From NCBI GenBank assembly GCA_030527015.1, contig JAUNBR010000003.1:28624-92623 (forward strand): a stretch of 64,000 bases of DNA. The letters are read 5' to 3'. The translations under genes and the position numbers were made by a program. The number at the start of each line of letters is the position of its first letter. Within the stretch, counting starts at the first letter, position 1. The notes under the pieces were generated by a model. That model was given only the letters and a program-made list of their open reading frames with translations, was not told the DNA's origin and ran no database searches. Shown one piece after another: positions 1 through 7,945 of this stretch. This DNA comes from Planctomycetia bacterium (GTDB taxonomy: Bacteria; Planctomycetota; Planctomycetia; Pirellulales; Thermoguttaceae).

Positions 1-597
1 GAGGAAAACCTTCCACGCATTTTACGGGACGCGAATACGCTAATTGCGCTGGCTCTGGTACTGGGGCTTCATGACCAGCCGAACGATTATAAAGCATCTG
101 CGCCCGCGATTATTAAAACAGCACAGGCTTTAACGAAAAAAATTGAAGCATCTGGCGAAAAAACGCCTCTTGCTGATGTGCAAAAAGATGTAAAAGCACT
201 GCGCGCATCCTTTACCTCCACAGAAGGTGGTGACCTGGGCTGGGATACGCCCGTGGCCAGCATGAAACAGATGATGGTTCAGGTTCCGTTACTTGACAGT
301 AAATTAAAGGGATCTCTGCGACGATTTTCTCGGACAAAAGACGTTATGGCAGGCCAGGCGGCGACGATCGCAGTTTTATGTCAGGTAAGTACTGCGAATG
401 TCGCGGAAACAGAAGCACCGACAGAAGCGGAAAAATGGATCGAAGCATGTATTATCACTCGAGATGATGCGGCAGCACTTTACACAGCGATCGCGAATAA
501 TGATAAGGATGCTGCGAAAACTGCTTACGAAAAAATGGCGAAAAGTTGTGATGTATGTCACGAAACCTTCCATAAAGCGGCCATCGGCGCGAAATAA
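1..597 (+). CDS. class II cytochrome c-like protein (C-terminal CxxCH), 5' end outside window
   Basis: Frame 1 is open from base 1, with no stop before the listed GTG at 178, so the gene enters from upstream. Helical Ala/Lys-rich sequence ends with a CDVCH heme-c motif near the C terminus, as in cytochrome c'/c556. A hairpin plus T-run follows at 644-681. Confidence 0.55.
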   Translation, partial: EENLPRILRDANTLIALALVLGLHDQPNDYKASAPAIIKTAQALTKKIEASGEKTPLADVQKDVKALRASFTSTEGGDLGWDTPVASMKQMMVQVPLLDSKLKGSLRRFSRTKDVMAGQAATIAVLCQVSTANVAETEAPTEAEKWIEACIITRDDAAALYTAIANNDKDAAKTAYEKMAKSCDVCHETFHKAAIGAK

Positions 598-643
598 ACG
601 CATTTCACCATTTTTCCTCCGGGAAACCTAAACTGTTTTGTAT

Positions 644-681
644 CATGGGAAGGATTTTTTATCTTTCCCATGCTTTTTTTT
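644..681 (+). terminator. intrinsic terminator downstream of cytochrome-like gene
   Basis: CATGGGAAGG (644-653) pairs with CTTTCCCATG (663-672), giving a 10-bp stem with one G:U. A run of 8 T follows at 674-681. Confidence 0.65.
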
Positions 682-687
682 GAATTT

Positions 688-729
688 TATATCCGATGCA
701 TGGTAAATTTCCATTTCTCCGACATCTTT
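688..729 (+). repeat. SIR105 5'-arm fragment
   Basis: TATATCCGATGCATGGTAAATTTCCATTTCTCCGACATCTT matches consensus positions 1-41 and abuts the next full copy. Confidence 0.6.
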
Positions 730-836
730 TATACCCCAGATACACTACAAAATTCCGCTTCACCGGCATTTTGCTTCGCTGAAAAAACCTGCTTTTAGAG
801 CCGCACAAAACGAAATTTTAAATTGGAACCAGTATA
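730..836 (+). repeat. SIR105 full copy (subfamily B-like)
   Basis: TATACCCCAGATACAC...AAAATTCCGCTTCACCGGCATTTT..AAAAAACC..CGAAATTTTAAATTGGAACCAGTATA. Confidence 0.9.
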
Positions 837-985
837 ACCTGCTCTCTGTACGGCCGATATTTTCAGCGAGATAAACTGTATCTGATGCAATTATTTACTT
901 TTTAGCGTAAATGATACCGTGCCTGCCTAAACGCCAGAGGCATTAAAACCCATTTCTCCTGATTTCAGGGATTATCACTGTTTAT

Positions 986-2296
986 ATGCATTCTTCCGAC
1001 TTACGAATATTTTTCCGTTACGTCATTCCCTCCATGATTACCATGTTCATCGGAGGTTTATATAATATTATAGACTCATTTTTTATTGGTCAGGCCATGG
1101 GTTATGAAGCCCTGGCTGCAATAAATGTTACCTTTCCAATTTTTTGCCTGATTTTCGGTATGGGTGACATGATAAGTATGGGCGCATGCATTCTCATTTC
1201 TCAAAATCGCGGAGCGGGTAACACACAAGAAGAAAACACCGTCTTTTCAGCCATGTTCGGAACTGCCGCACTGGCTTCCATTTTACTTTCCGCATTACTT
1301 CTTTATTACGTGAATCCTATTCTCCTCTGGCTGGGTGCGGAACCAGAATTATTATCCATGGCCCGAGAATATTTAGTTATCATTCTTTTAGGATCCATTT
1401 TACAGATTATGGCCATCTGTTTTATGGCCGCGTTACGAAATGATAATCATCCTGTTCTTGCCATGTGGATCATCTCCACCGGCCTCATTTTTAACATTTT
1501 CCTCGATTTTATTCTCGTCTGGGTTTTACACTGGGAACTTTTCGGTGCCGCGCTGGCGACGATTCTGGCACAGATGGTTCCCCTGACGGTTTCCATCTGT
1601 TTTTTCTCCGGAAATCGCACTCCGTTAAAATTTCAGATCAAAAAATGTATTCCAGATTTACACCATATCCGCATTATCATTCAAAATGGTTTCCCTTCCC
1701 TGGGGGCACACATAACCATCGGCGCCATGCTTCTGTTTCATAATTGGCAGGCTCTGCGTTATGGCGGCATACCAGGTTTAGCCGCTTACGCAGTAATCTG
1801 TGAAACGGAGTCTGTCGCGTCCATGGTCATGCAGGGAATCGCGTCCGGGATGCAGCCGATCGCCAGCTATTTTTATGGTGCCCAGCAACATATGAGAAAT
1901 CGTAAAATACTTCGTTACGGCATTTCCCTGGCTCTTTTACTGGGAACCGTGGGAACCCTGGTTTCCATTCTTGGATGTCACTTTTTTCCTTCCATTCTTG
2001 GAGTAAAAGAAGAAGCGGCGAAAATCGCAGCACGTGGTTTAATTATCAGCTCTCCCATGTTTATCGCGCTGGGACTCATAAAAGTCGGAAGTCATTATTT
2101 TCAGGCCACACAGCGTATTTTGCCTGCCAGTATTTTAATTCATGGTGATTACGCGCTTATCCTTCCTCTCTGCCTTTTCGGATTACCACTCGTTTTTGGT
2201 CTGGATGGAGTCTGGGCCGCCATGCCGATTTCACGTTTTATCCTTTTAGGAATCCTCATTTTTTGTGCTCTCTTTTTACGTAATACACACCGATAA
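986..2296 (+). CDS. MATE family efflux transporter
   Basis: 436 aa, about 12 hydrophobic segments. N-terminal IIDSFFIGQ..G..ALAAINVTFPI block is typical of MATE/NorM-DinF proteins. Confidence 0.85.
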   Translation: MHSSDLRIFFRYVIPSMITMFIGGLYNIIDSFFIGQAMGYEALAAINVTFPIFCLIFGMGDMISMGACILISQNRGAGNTQEENTVFSAMFGTAALASILLSALLLYYVNPILLWLGAEPELLSMAREYLVIILLGSILQIMAICFMAALRNDNHPVLAMWIISTGLIFNIFLDFILVWVLHWELFGAALATILAQMVPLTVSICFFSGNRTPLKFQIKKCIPDLHHIRIIIQNGFPSLGAHITIGAMLLFHNWQALRYGGIPGLAAYAVICETESVASMVMQGIASGMQPIASYFYGAQQHMRNRKILRYGISLALLLGTVGTLVSILGCHFFPSILGVKEEAAKIAARGLIISSPMFIALGLIKVGSHYFQATQRILPASILIHGDYALILPLCLFGLPLVFGLDGVWAAMPISRFILLGILIFCALFLRNTHR

Positions 2297-2465
2297 TATT
2301 TTTTAGGAAATCGTGGAAATAAATTTTCCACTCACCGTATACCATCTCCATAATTTTACTTTCCATTTTCATTTTACGCAGCCAGAAAATCCCGATATTT
2401 TCGGGCCACCTACAGCTGAAAGGGTCAAATTATGAGAGGTAAAATTCAGGGTGCTTTAGGATAAT

Positions 2466-2572
2466 TAAATCCGACGCACTATAAATTTCCGCCTCTCCAG
2501 CATTTTACTTCTCGCTTAAAATGCCTGCTTTCAGAGCCACACAAAACGAAAATTTAAAGTGGAACCAGGTAT
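2466..2572 (+). repeat. SIR105 full copy
   Basis: CCGACGCACTATAAATTTCCGCCTCTCC...AAAATGCCTGCTTTCAGAGCCACACAAAACGAAAATTTAAAGTGGAACCAGGTAT. Confidence 0.85.
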
Positions 2573-2601
2573 CCCTTTATTCATGATAAAATTTTAGACC
2601 G

Positions 2602-2705
2602 TATACCCGATACACCTATAAAATTCCACTTCCGCGGCATTTCGTTTTACTGAAAATATCTGTTTTAGAATGCATAAAACGAAAATTTAAAGGAGAACCT
2701 GTAAA
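2602..2705 (+). repeat. SIR105 full copy, diverged
   Basis: TATACCCGATACACCTATAAAATTCCACTTCC...AAAACGAAAATTTAAAGGAGAACCTGTAAA. Confidence 0.75.
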
Positions 2706-2734
2706 AGAAAGAAAAATGCAGAAGAAGACATTTT

Positions 2735-2842
2735 CATACCCGATGCACTATAAATTTCCGCCTCTCCGGCATTTTTGCTTCTCTCTAAAATACCTGCTTT
2801 CAGAGCCACACAAAACGAAAATTTAAAGTGGAACCAGGATAA
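2735..2842 (+). repeat. SIR105 full copy
   Basis: CATACCCGATGCACTATAAATTTCCGCC...CAAAACGAAAATTTAAAGTGGAACCAGGATA. Confidence 0.9.
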
Positions 2843-2950
2843 TATCTGAATTCAAAAATGAATCTTCACTAAAAGAAAGAAAACGTTAGGCAGAAGGTGC
2901 ATAAAGAAAATGTAAGGTATCATAAGAGGAAAACACTCACAAAAAAAAGA

Positions 2951-3436
2951 TTATTTTTTCCCTAACTTCCTTTTTGCATCAAAAAAACGCGTCAAAATTT
3001 CGCCACAAGAAGTCTGTAATATTCCTGAAATTACTTCGCAGCGGTGATTTAGTCGCTCATCATTCAATAAATGATAAAGCGTATCCACGGCCCCTGCTTT
3101 TCCATCTTTTGCACCATACACCACCGAGGGAATACGCGCCTGAAGAATCGCACCGGCACACATGGGACATGGTTCCAGCGTAACATAAAGCACGCATTTT
3201 TCCAGACGCCAGCTCTCCAAAACGGCACCTGCCTGCGTGATGGCGATCATCTCCGCATGAGCTGTCGGATCATGCAGCTGCTGTCGCTGATTATGCGCAC
3301 GGGCAATTATTTTTCCCTCACAGACGATAACCGCCCCCACGGGTACTTCATCTTCACGCTGCGCATACTCGGCCTCCCGAAGCGCTTCTCGCATAAAATA
3401 CTCATGAATCTCCGTTTCTGTAAGAATATTTTTCAT
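2951..3436 (-). CDS. tadA: tRNA adenosine(34) deaminase
   Basis: HAEM...PCPMCAGAI zinc-deaminase motifs and the typical length. I prefer the ATG at 3436 (MKNILTE), which has GAGGAA upstream. The ORF track extends to 3481. Confidence 0.88.
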   Translation of the reverse strand: MKNILTETEIHEYFMREALREAEYAQREDEVPVGAVIVCEGKIIARAHNQRQQLHDPTAHAEMIAITQAGAVLESWRLEKCVLYVTLEPCPMCAGAILQARIPSVVYGAKDGKAGAVDTLYHLLNDERLNHRCEVISGILQTSCGEILTRFFDAKRKLGKK

Positions 3437-3572
3437 CCGTTTATTCCTCAGAGCAAAAATTTTATCCGCCGATCCAGTCAAAATACTGAGAGCCTATTTT
3501 AAATTTTCATCTCTCGTGGCCTCAAAAACAGATATTTTTCGTAAAACACAAAATACCGGTAAAGAGACAATT

Positions 3573-3784
3573 TATACCCGATGTACCTATAAATTTTCAC
3601 TTCTCCGGCATTTTTATACCCGATACACTATAAAATTCCGCTTCTCCGGCATTTAGCTTCGCCGAAAATGCCTGCAGTCAGAGTCACACAAAACGGAAAT
3701 TTAAAATGGAACCAGTATATACTTCGCTGAAAACGCCGGTTAAGAACCACTCAAAACTTAAATTTAAATTGGAATCAGAGTATC
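3573..3784 (+). mobile_element. SIR105 copy split by insertion of another SIR105 copy (nested composite)
   Basis: Outer 5' part 3573-3614 ends ...CTCCGGCATTTT. Outer 3' part 3720-3784 resumes TACTTCGCTGAAAACGCC...AATTTAAATTGGAATCAGAGTATC. A complete inner copy lies between them. Confidence 0.8.
3615..3719 (+). repeat. SIR105 full copy (inner element of nested pair)
   Basis: TATACCCGATACACTATAAAATTCCGCTTCTCCGGCATTTAGCTTCGCCGAAAATGCC...GGAAATTTAAAATGGAACCAGTATA. Confidence 0.92.
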
Positions 3785-3818
3785 ATTTAATATGAACACG
3801 ACATGTTTCACGGAAATT

Positions 3819-4421
3819 TTATTCCGTAACCACCGCATTATTTTTCATGTTCTGTCCCAGCCGAAAAGCCTGCAGATTTATGTCGACATATGCTGGTTTC
3901 ACACACCGGCGAATCGCATCCAGCCAAAACTGACCAGAAATATCTGTTAAGGCAGTCGCCAGCGCACCCAATAAAACGACATTCGCACTACGTGGGCTGC
4001 CCAGCTGAACCGCGATCTGATTCGCGTCAAAATAAATAAGATGAGAAAAAGCCGCACGGAGACGTTCTTCCGCGTTTTCAGGATACACAGCAGTTCCTGA
4101 AGAAACGGTAACCGGCACGATCACCTGAGAATTTACCACCGCTAAACCATCTGGTTTCAGAAATTCTGCGTACCGTAAGGCCTCTATTCGTTCCATGGAC
4201 ATAAGAACTTCCGCCTCTCCCCGAGAAACCAGCGGACTATGAACCTGCGCACCGTAACGAATCTGCGCCACGACAGATCCTCCACGCTGAGCCATTCCAT
4301 GCACTTCATTCGTTTTCACGTCAAAACCCGCAAAACTTGCCGCCTGAGCACAAATTTCACTGGCCAGTAAAATACCCTGTCCGCCGACTCCTGCCAGCAC
4401 GATACTTTTTGTGTGTAACAT
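3819..4421 (-). CDS. iorB: indolepyruvate:ferredoxin oxidoreductase, beta subunit
   Basis: IVLAGVGGQGILLAS motif of the IorB / 2-oxoacid oxidoreductase gamma family. Lies directly downstream of iorA. The track start at 4442 is TTG; I prefer the ATG at 4421 (MLHTKS). Confidence 0.82.
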   Translation of the reverse strand: MLHTKSIVLAGVGGQGILLASEICAQAASFAGFDVKTNEVHGMAQRGGSVVAQIRYGAQVHSPLVSRGEAEVLMSMERIEALRYAEFLKPDGLAVVNSQVIVPVTVSSGTAVYPENAEERLRAAFSHLIYFDANQIAVQLGSPRSANVVLLGALATALTDISGQFWLDAIRRCVKPAYVDINLQAFRLGQNMKNNAVVTE

Positions 4422-4444
4422 GATTTTTCTTATAATATCCAAAA

Positions 4445-4515
4445 TATACTGGTTTCAATTTAAAATTTCATTTATATCGCATTTCGTAAGAAAAATATTT
4501 TCTTGACAAAATATA
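4445..4515 (-). repeat. SIR105 degenerate partial copy
   Basis: TATACTGGTTTCAATTTAAAATTTCATTT... keeps only the terminal ~30 nt. Lies between iorA and iorB. Confidence 0.5.
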
Positions 4516-4547
4516 TTCAAAAAAACAGAAATTTACATTTCTGATAA

Positions 4548-4653
4548 TATACTGGTTCCACTTTAAATTTCCGTTTTGTACGGCTCTGAAAGCAGAGACA
4601 TTTTCTGCAAGAAAAATGCCGGGGAAGCGGAAATTTAACATGCATCAGGTATA
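4548..4653 (-). repeat. SIR105 full copy (inside the iorA-iorB spacer)
   Basis: TATACTGGTTCCACTTTAAATTTCCGTTTTGTACGGCTCTGAAAGCAG...GGAAATTTAACATGCATCAGGTATA. Ends 2 nt from the iorA stop codon. Confidence 0.92.
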
Positions 4654-4655
4654 AA

Positions 4656-6470
4656 TTAATACGAAATCGTCCCCTCAATTTCTGAAATGGCACCGAATTT
4701 ACACTCCTGATTACACAGACCACAGCCATTACAGACGATACTATTTACCGAAGGAATCCCTGCGGTGGCTTCTAGTGCCGGACAGCCAAGTTTTAAGCAG
4801 GCACGACACTTTTTACATTTCTCAGGATCAATTTTCCGTACATTCCCATGTCGGCGTTTTTGAGCCAAAACACATGGGGCTTCAGAAATCACCAGCCATG
4901 CTTCCTCAGAATCCACCGCGGTTTTTAATACGTCCTGTGCTTCTTTCTGATTCAGCGGATTAAATCTCGCGATATTTTTTATTCCACACGCCTTTCCTAA
5001 ATCAAAAATAGAAATCGCATCACTGGGCACTCCCATTAACGTCTGTCCAGAACCAGGATTATCCTGATGTCCAGTCATGGCGGTAATACGATTATCTAAA
5101 ACCATGACCGTCGCGCTACCATGATTCCACGCCATATGCATTAAACCTGTAATACCGGAATGAAAGAAGGTGGAGTCTCCGATCACTGCGACAACTTTCC
5201 TTTTTTGACCGCTTTTTTGCATTCCATGAGCCATGGGAATACTCGCCCCCATACAGATCGTGGTATCCATGCAGGTCAGCGGAGGGGACGCGCCAAGAGA
5301 ATAACAGCCGATATCTCCTGTCACATCACAATTTAATTTCTTTAATGCCCAAAACGCGCCCCGGTGAGGACATCCCGCACATAAAACTGGAGGCCGGCTG
5401 GGAATATCTCCATTTTCCGCCTTACACCCCTTCAGATGAAGCTGTGGTGCCGGATGCTCGTCATCTTCCGCATCTTCTGCACAGCTCCAGCCTGCCTCAT
5501 GCATTTTTATCCGCGTCTGACGCAAAACATCAGAAGTAAGCTCTCCTATTTTCGGGACAAACATTTTTCCTTCACACGGAATGCCTAAAGCCCGAATCTG
5601 CTGCTGCGTAAAATCCTCCAGTTCTTCCACGACAAGTATTTTTTCCACTTCTGACGCAAAATTCCGAATCAGATTTTCAGGAAGTGGAAATGGGCAGCCC
5701 AACTTTAAAACCGAAGCTCCGGGAAATATTTCTCGTACATATTCATACGCGATTCCTTCTGTAATAATCCCCAATTTTTTACTCCGATATTCCACCTGAT
5801 GAATTTCCCAGCGTGTTTCACTGTCTGACTGAATTTTTTGCAGTCTCTCTTCCAGTTTTACTCTTAACTGACGCGCCCAGGCCGGAATAAGCACAAATTG
5901 CTGCGGATTTTTCTGAAATGCTATTTCCCGTTCTGGAATGACCGGTTCTGAAAGTTTCACCAGTGACCGTGAATGACTCACACGTGTTACCGTCCTGACA
6001 ATAACTGGTGTACCATATTCTTCTGAAATCAGAAATGCTTTTTTCAGCATCTGACATGCCTGAGAAGAATCAGACGGTTCCAAAATAGGAATTTTGGCAA
6101 AACGGGCAAAATGGCGTGTGTCCTGTTCATTCTGAGATGAATGCATACCAGGATCATCTGCGACAATTATCACCAGACCACCTGGTGTGCCAGTATACGC
6201 CAGAGACATAAGAGGATCCGCCGCGACATTTAACCCCACATGTTTCATGGTGACCGCAGCGCGTGCACCTGTCATGGCGGTACCGATCGCCGTCTCCAGC
6301 GCGACTTTTTCATTCGGTGCCCATTCACAGTACACACTTTCCTTATAATATTTCGCCACATTCTCCAGAATCTCTGTGGACGGTGTACCAGGATACCCCA
6401 CCACCAGTTTCACTCCCGATTCATACATCCCACGCGCGAATGCTTCATTTCCAGAAAGAAGTTTCTGCAT
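4656..6470 (-). CDS. iorA: indolepyruvate:ferredoxin oxidoreductase, alpha subunit
   Basis: 604 aa. TPP-binding GDSTFFHSG region and a C-terminal double 4Fe-4S motif (CKKCRAC...CP, CNGCGLCNQEC). Confidence 0.9.
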   Translation of the reverse strand: MQKLLSGNEAFARGMYESGVKLVVGYPGTPSTEILENVAKYYKESVYCEWAPNEKVALETAIGTAMTGARAAVTMKHVGLNVAADPLMSLAYTGTPGGLVIIVADDPGMHSSQNEQDTRHFARFAKIPILEPSDSSQACQMLKKAFLISEEYGTPVIVRTVTRVSHSRSLVKLSEPVIPEREIAFQKNPQQFVLIPAWARQLRVKLEERLQKIQSDSETRWEIHQVEYRSKKLGIITEGIAYEYVREIFPGASVLKLGCPFPLPENLIRNFASEVEKILVVEELEDFTQQQIRALGIPCEGKMFVPKIGELTSDVLRQTRIKMHEAGWSCAEDAEDDEHPAPQLHLKGCKAENGDIPSRPPVLCAGCPHRGAFWALKKLNCDVTGDIGCYSLGASPPLTCMDTTICMGASIPMAHGMQKSGQKRKVVAVIGDSTFFHSGITGLMHMAWNHGSATVMVLDNRITAMTGHQDNPGSGQTLMGVPSDAISIFDLGKACGIKNIARFNPLNQKEAQDVLKTAVDSEEAWLVISEAPCVLAQKRRHGNVRKIDPEKCKKCRACLKLGCPALEATAGIPSVNSIVCNGCGLCNQECKFGAISEIEGTISY

Positions 6471-6537
6471 GATTTTTACTCCAAAATTATATCTATAAAT
6501 ATTATAGAAGCCTTCCTAAACGTAAGACTTCATGTGG

Positions 6538-6644
6538 TATACTGGTTCCACTTTAAATTTCCGTTTCATACGGTTCTTAAAGCAGGCATTTTCAGCCAGA
6601 AGCAAAATGCCGAGGAAGCGGAATTTTATAGTGTATCGGGTATA
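6538..6644 (-). repeat. SIR105 full copy
   Basis: TATACTGGTTCCACTTTAAATTTCCG...GGCATTTTCAGCCAGAAGCAAAATGCC...TATAGTGTATCGGGTATA. Confidence 0.95.
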
Positions 6645-6667
6645 AATTTCCATTTTAGGCTAAATAT

Positions 6668-6763
6668 ATGCCCTGCATTTTATTTTAAATTTCCATTTCA
6701 CGTGGCCATAAATCACAAGCAAAAAATAACGAAAAATCGTAAATTTATTATGCATGAGCATAA
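6668..6763 (-). repeat. SIR105 degenerate copy
   Basis: ...TTTTAAATTTCCATTTCACGTGGCC...CGTAAATTTATTATGCATGAGCATAA keeps both arms. The centre is decayed. Confidence 0.5.
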
Positions 6764-6805
6764 AAACCGCCATTTCAGACAGAAATATATACTGAGTACC
6801 ACAAT

Positions 6806-6910
6806 TATACTGTTTCCACTTTAAATTCCCGTTTCATACGGTTCTTAAAGCCGGCATTTTCAGCGAAGCAAAATACCGGAAAAACGGAAATTTATAGTGC
6901 ATCAGGTATA
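6806..6910 (-). repeat. SIR105 full copy
   Basis: TATACTGTTTCCACTTTAAATTCCCG...GGCATTTTCAGCGAAGCAAAATACC...TATAGTGCATCAGGTATA. Confidence 0.9.
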
Positions 6911-7097
6911 AAATGAAAAAATAAATTTAAATTTTTGCCCTCATACCAGCCACGGAAAACCAAAAAAGAATAAAAGAACCTGCATGGTACGTCACGTAAA
7001 AAAAATTATAGATAAACATTATATCATGACATCCGGGCAGAGCTAGGGGTGCCTCGGACACTCCCTCCATGCCTCATAAAGAAATTTTCATCGGGTC

Positions 7098-7125
7098 TTG
7101 ATTTTTTCTGAACGTGTGATATAAT
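7098..7125 (+). promoter_or_regulatory. candidate extended -10 promoter upstream of infA
   Basis: TTGATT (7098-7103), 16-nt spacer ending in TGA, then TATAAT (7120-7125). Confidence 0.4.
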
Positions 7126-7195
7126 AGAAAATGGTACCGGTTCCGCTTTTATTACACCCCATCCATGGCTAAAACTCTGTGCTCCATTTATTTTT

Positions 7196-7321
7196 TATAC
7201 TCGGATACACGATAATTTTCCGATTCTTTGGCGTTTTGTGAAGTTAAGAAATATCCAGCTTCTGTGGCCATAACGCGTTTAATTTAAACTGCACACACTA
7301 AATTTTAATTGAAACCAGTAC
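7196..7321 (+). repeat. SIR105 degenerate copy
   Basis: TATACTCGGATACACGATAATTTTCCGATTC...AAATTTTAATTGAAACCAGTA. The central part is replaced. Confidence 0.5.
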
Positions 7322-7386
7322 TTATAAGGTTTTTTATATTTCATAATACAAAATTCATAAAAAGTAAGAACTATTAAGGATTATTT

Positions 7387-7620
7387 ATGTCAGAAGACCA
7401 GAAAAAAAAAGAAGAAGCGATCGAAGTAACAGGTATCGTACTGGAAGCTGTACGGAATGGCTTTCGTGTCCAGCTGGAAAATAGCGAACATATCGTTTTA
7501 TGCCGGCTCGGTGGAAAAATGCGAAAAAATTATATCCGTGTCGTACCTGGGGATAAAGTAACAATTGAAGTCAGTCCATATGACCTCACTAAAGGACGTA
7601 TCGTGCACCGGGAACGTTAA
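7387..7620 (+). CDS. infA: translation initiation factor IF-1
   Basis: 77 aa S1-like protein. The G.V.E...N..F.V.L.N...V.....GKMRKN.IR...GD.V.VE.SPYDL.KGRI..R pattern is typical of IF-1. Confidence 0.95.
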   Translation: MSEDQKKKEEAIEVTGIVLEAVRNGFRVQLENSEHIVLCRLGGKMRKNYIRVVPGDKVTIEVSPYDLTKGRIVHRER

Positions 7621-7633
7621 TTTCCGGTATTTT

Positions 7634-7738
7634 TATACCCGATACACTATAAATTTTCGCTTCCCCAGCATTTTGCTTCGCTGAAAATGCCTGCGTTCAG
7701 AACCGCGCAAAACTAAAATTTAAAGTGGAATCAGTATA
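7634..7738 (+). repeat. SIR105 full copy
   Basis: Near-consensus copy starting 14 nt after the infA stop. Confidence 0.95.
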
Positions 7739-7754
7739 ACCATTACACGGCTTT

Positions 7755-7892
7755 TATATCCGAGGCTCAGAATAAATTTTCCATCCAGCATGTCTTTTTT
7801 GGTTAAAAGTGCTCAAGCTCTGGTATTCTTCATACAGAATATCTGACTTTTAAGACCATGCAAAACGAAAATTAAAAGTGAAATCTGGTATA
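7755..7892 (+). repeat. SIR105 degenerate copy with ~35-nt internal insertion
   Basis: TATATCCGAGGCTCAGAATAAATTTTCC...CAAAACGAAAATTAAAAGTGAAATCTGGTATA. Confidence 0.5.
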
Positions 7893-7945
7893 TTTAGTGA
7901 TCATATGATTTTTTGCGTTCAATTTAAAATGCCGGGAAACCTGAA

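Noticed and set aside
3071-3502. 143-aa plus-strand ORF
   Set aside because: It is antisense to tadA, whose frame carries the HAE/PCxxC deaminase motifs.
7030-7075. The GC-rich segment as part of SRP RNA, RNase P RNA, tmRNA or 6S RNA
   Set aside because: I could not find the conserved motifs of those RNAs that I can recall, for example the RNase P GAGGAAAGUCC or the tmRNA tag region. It is kept only as an unexplained hairpin in the findings.
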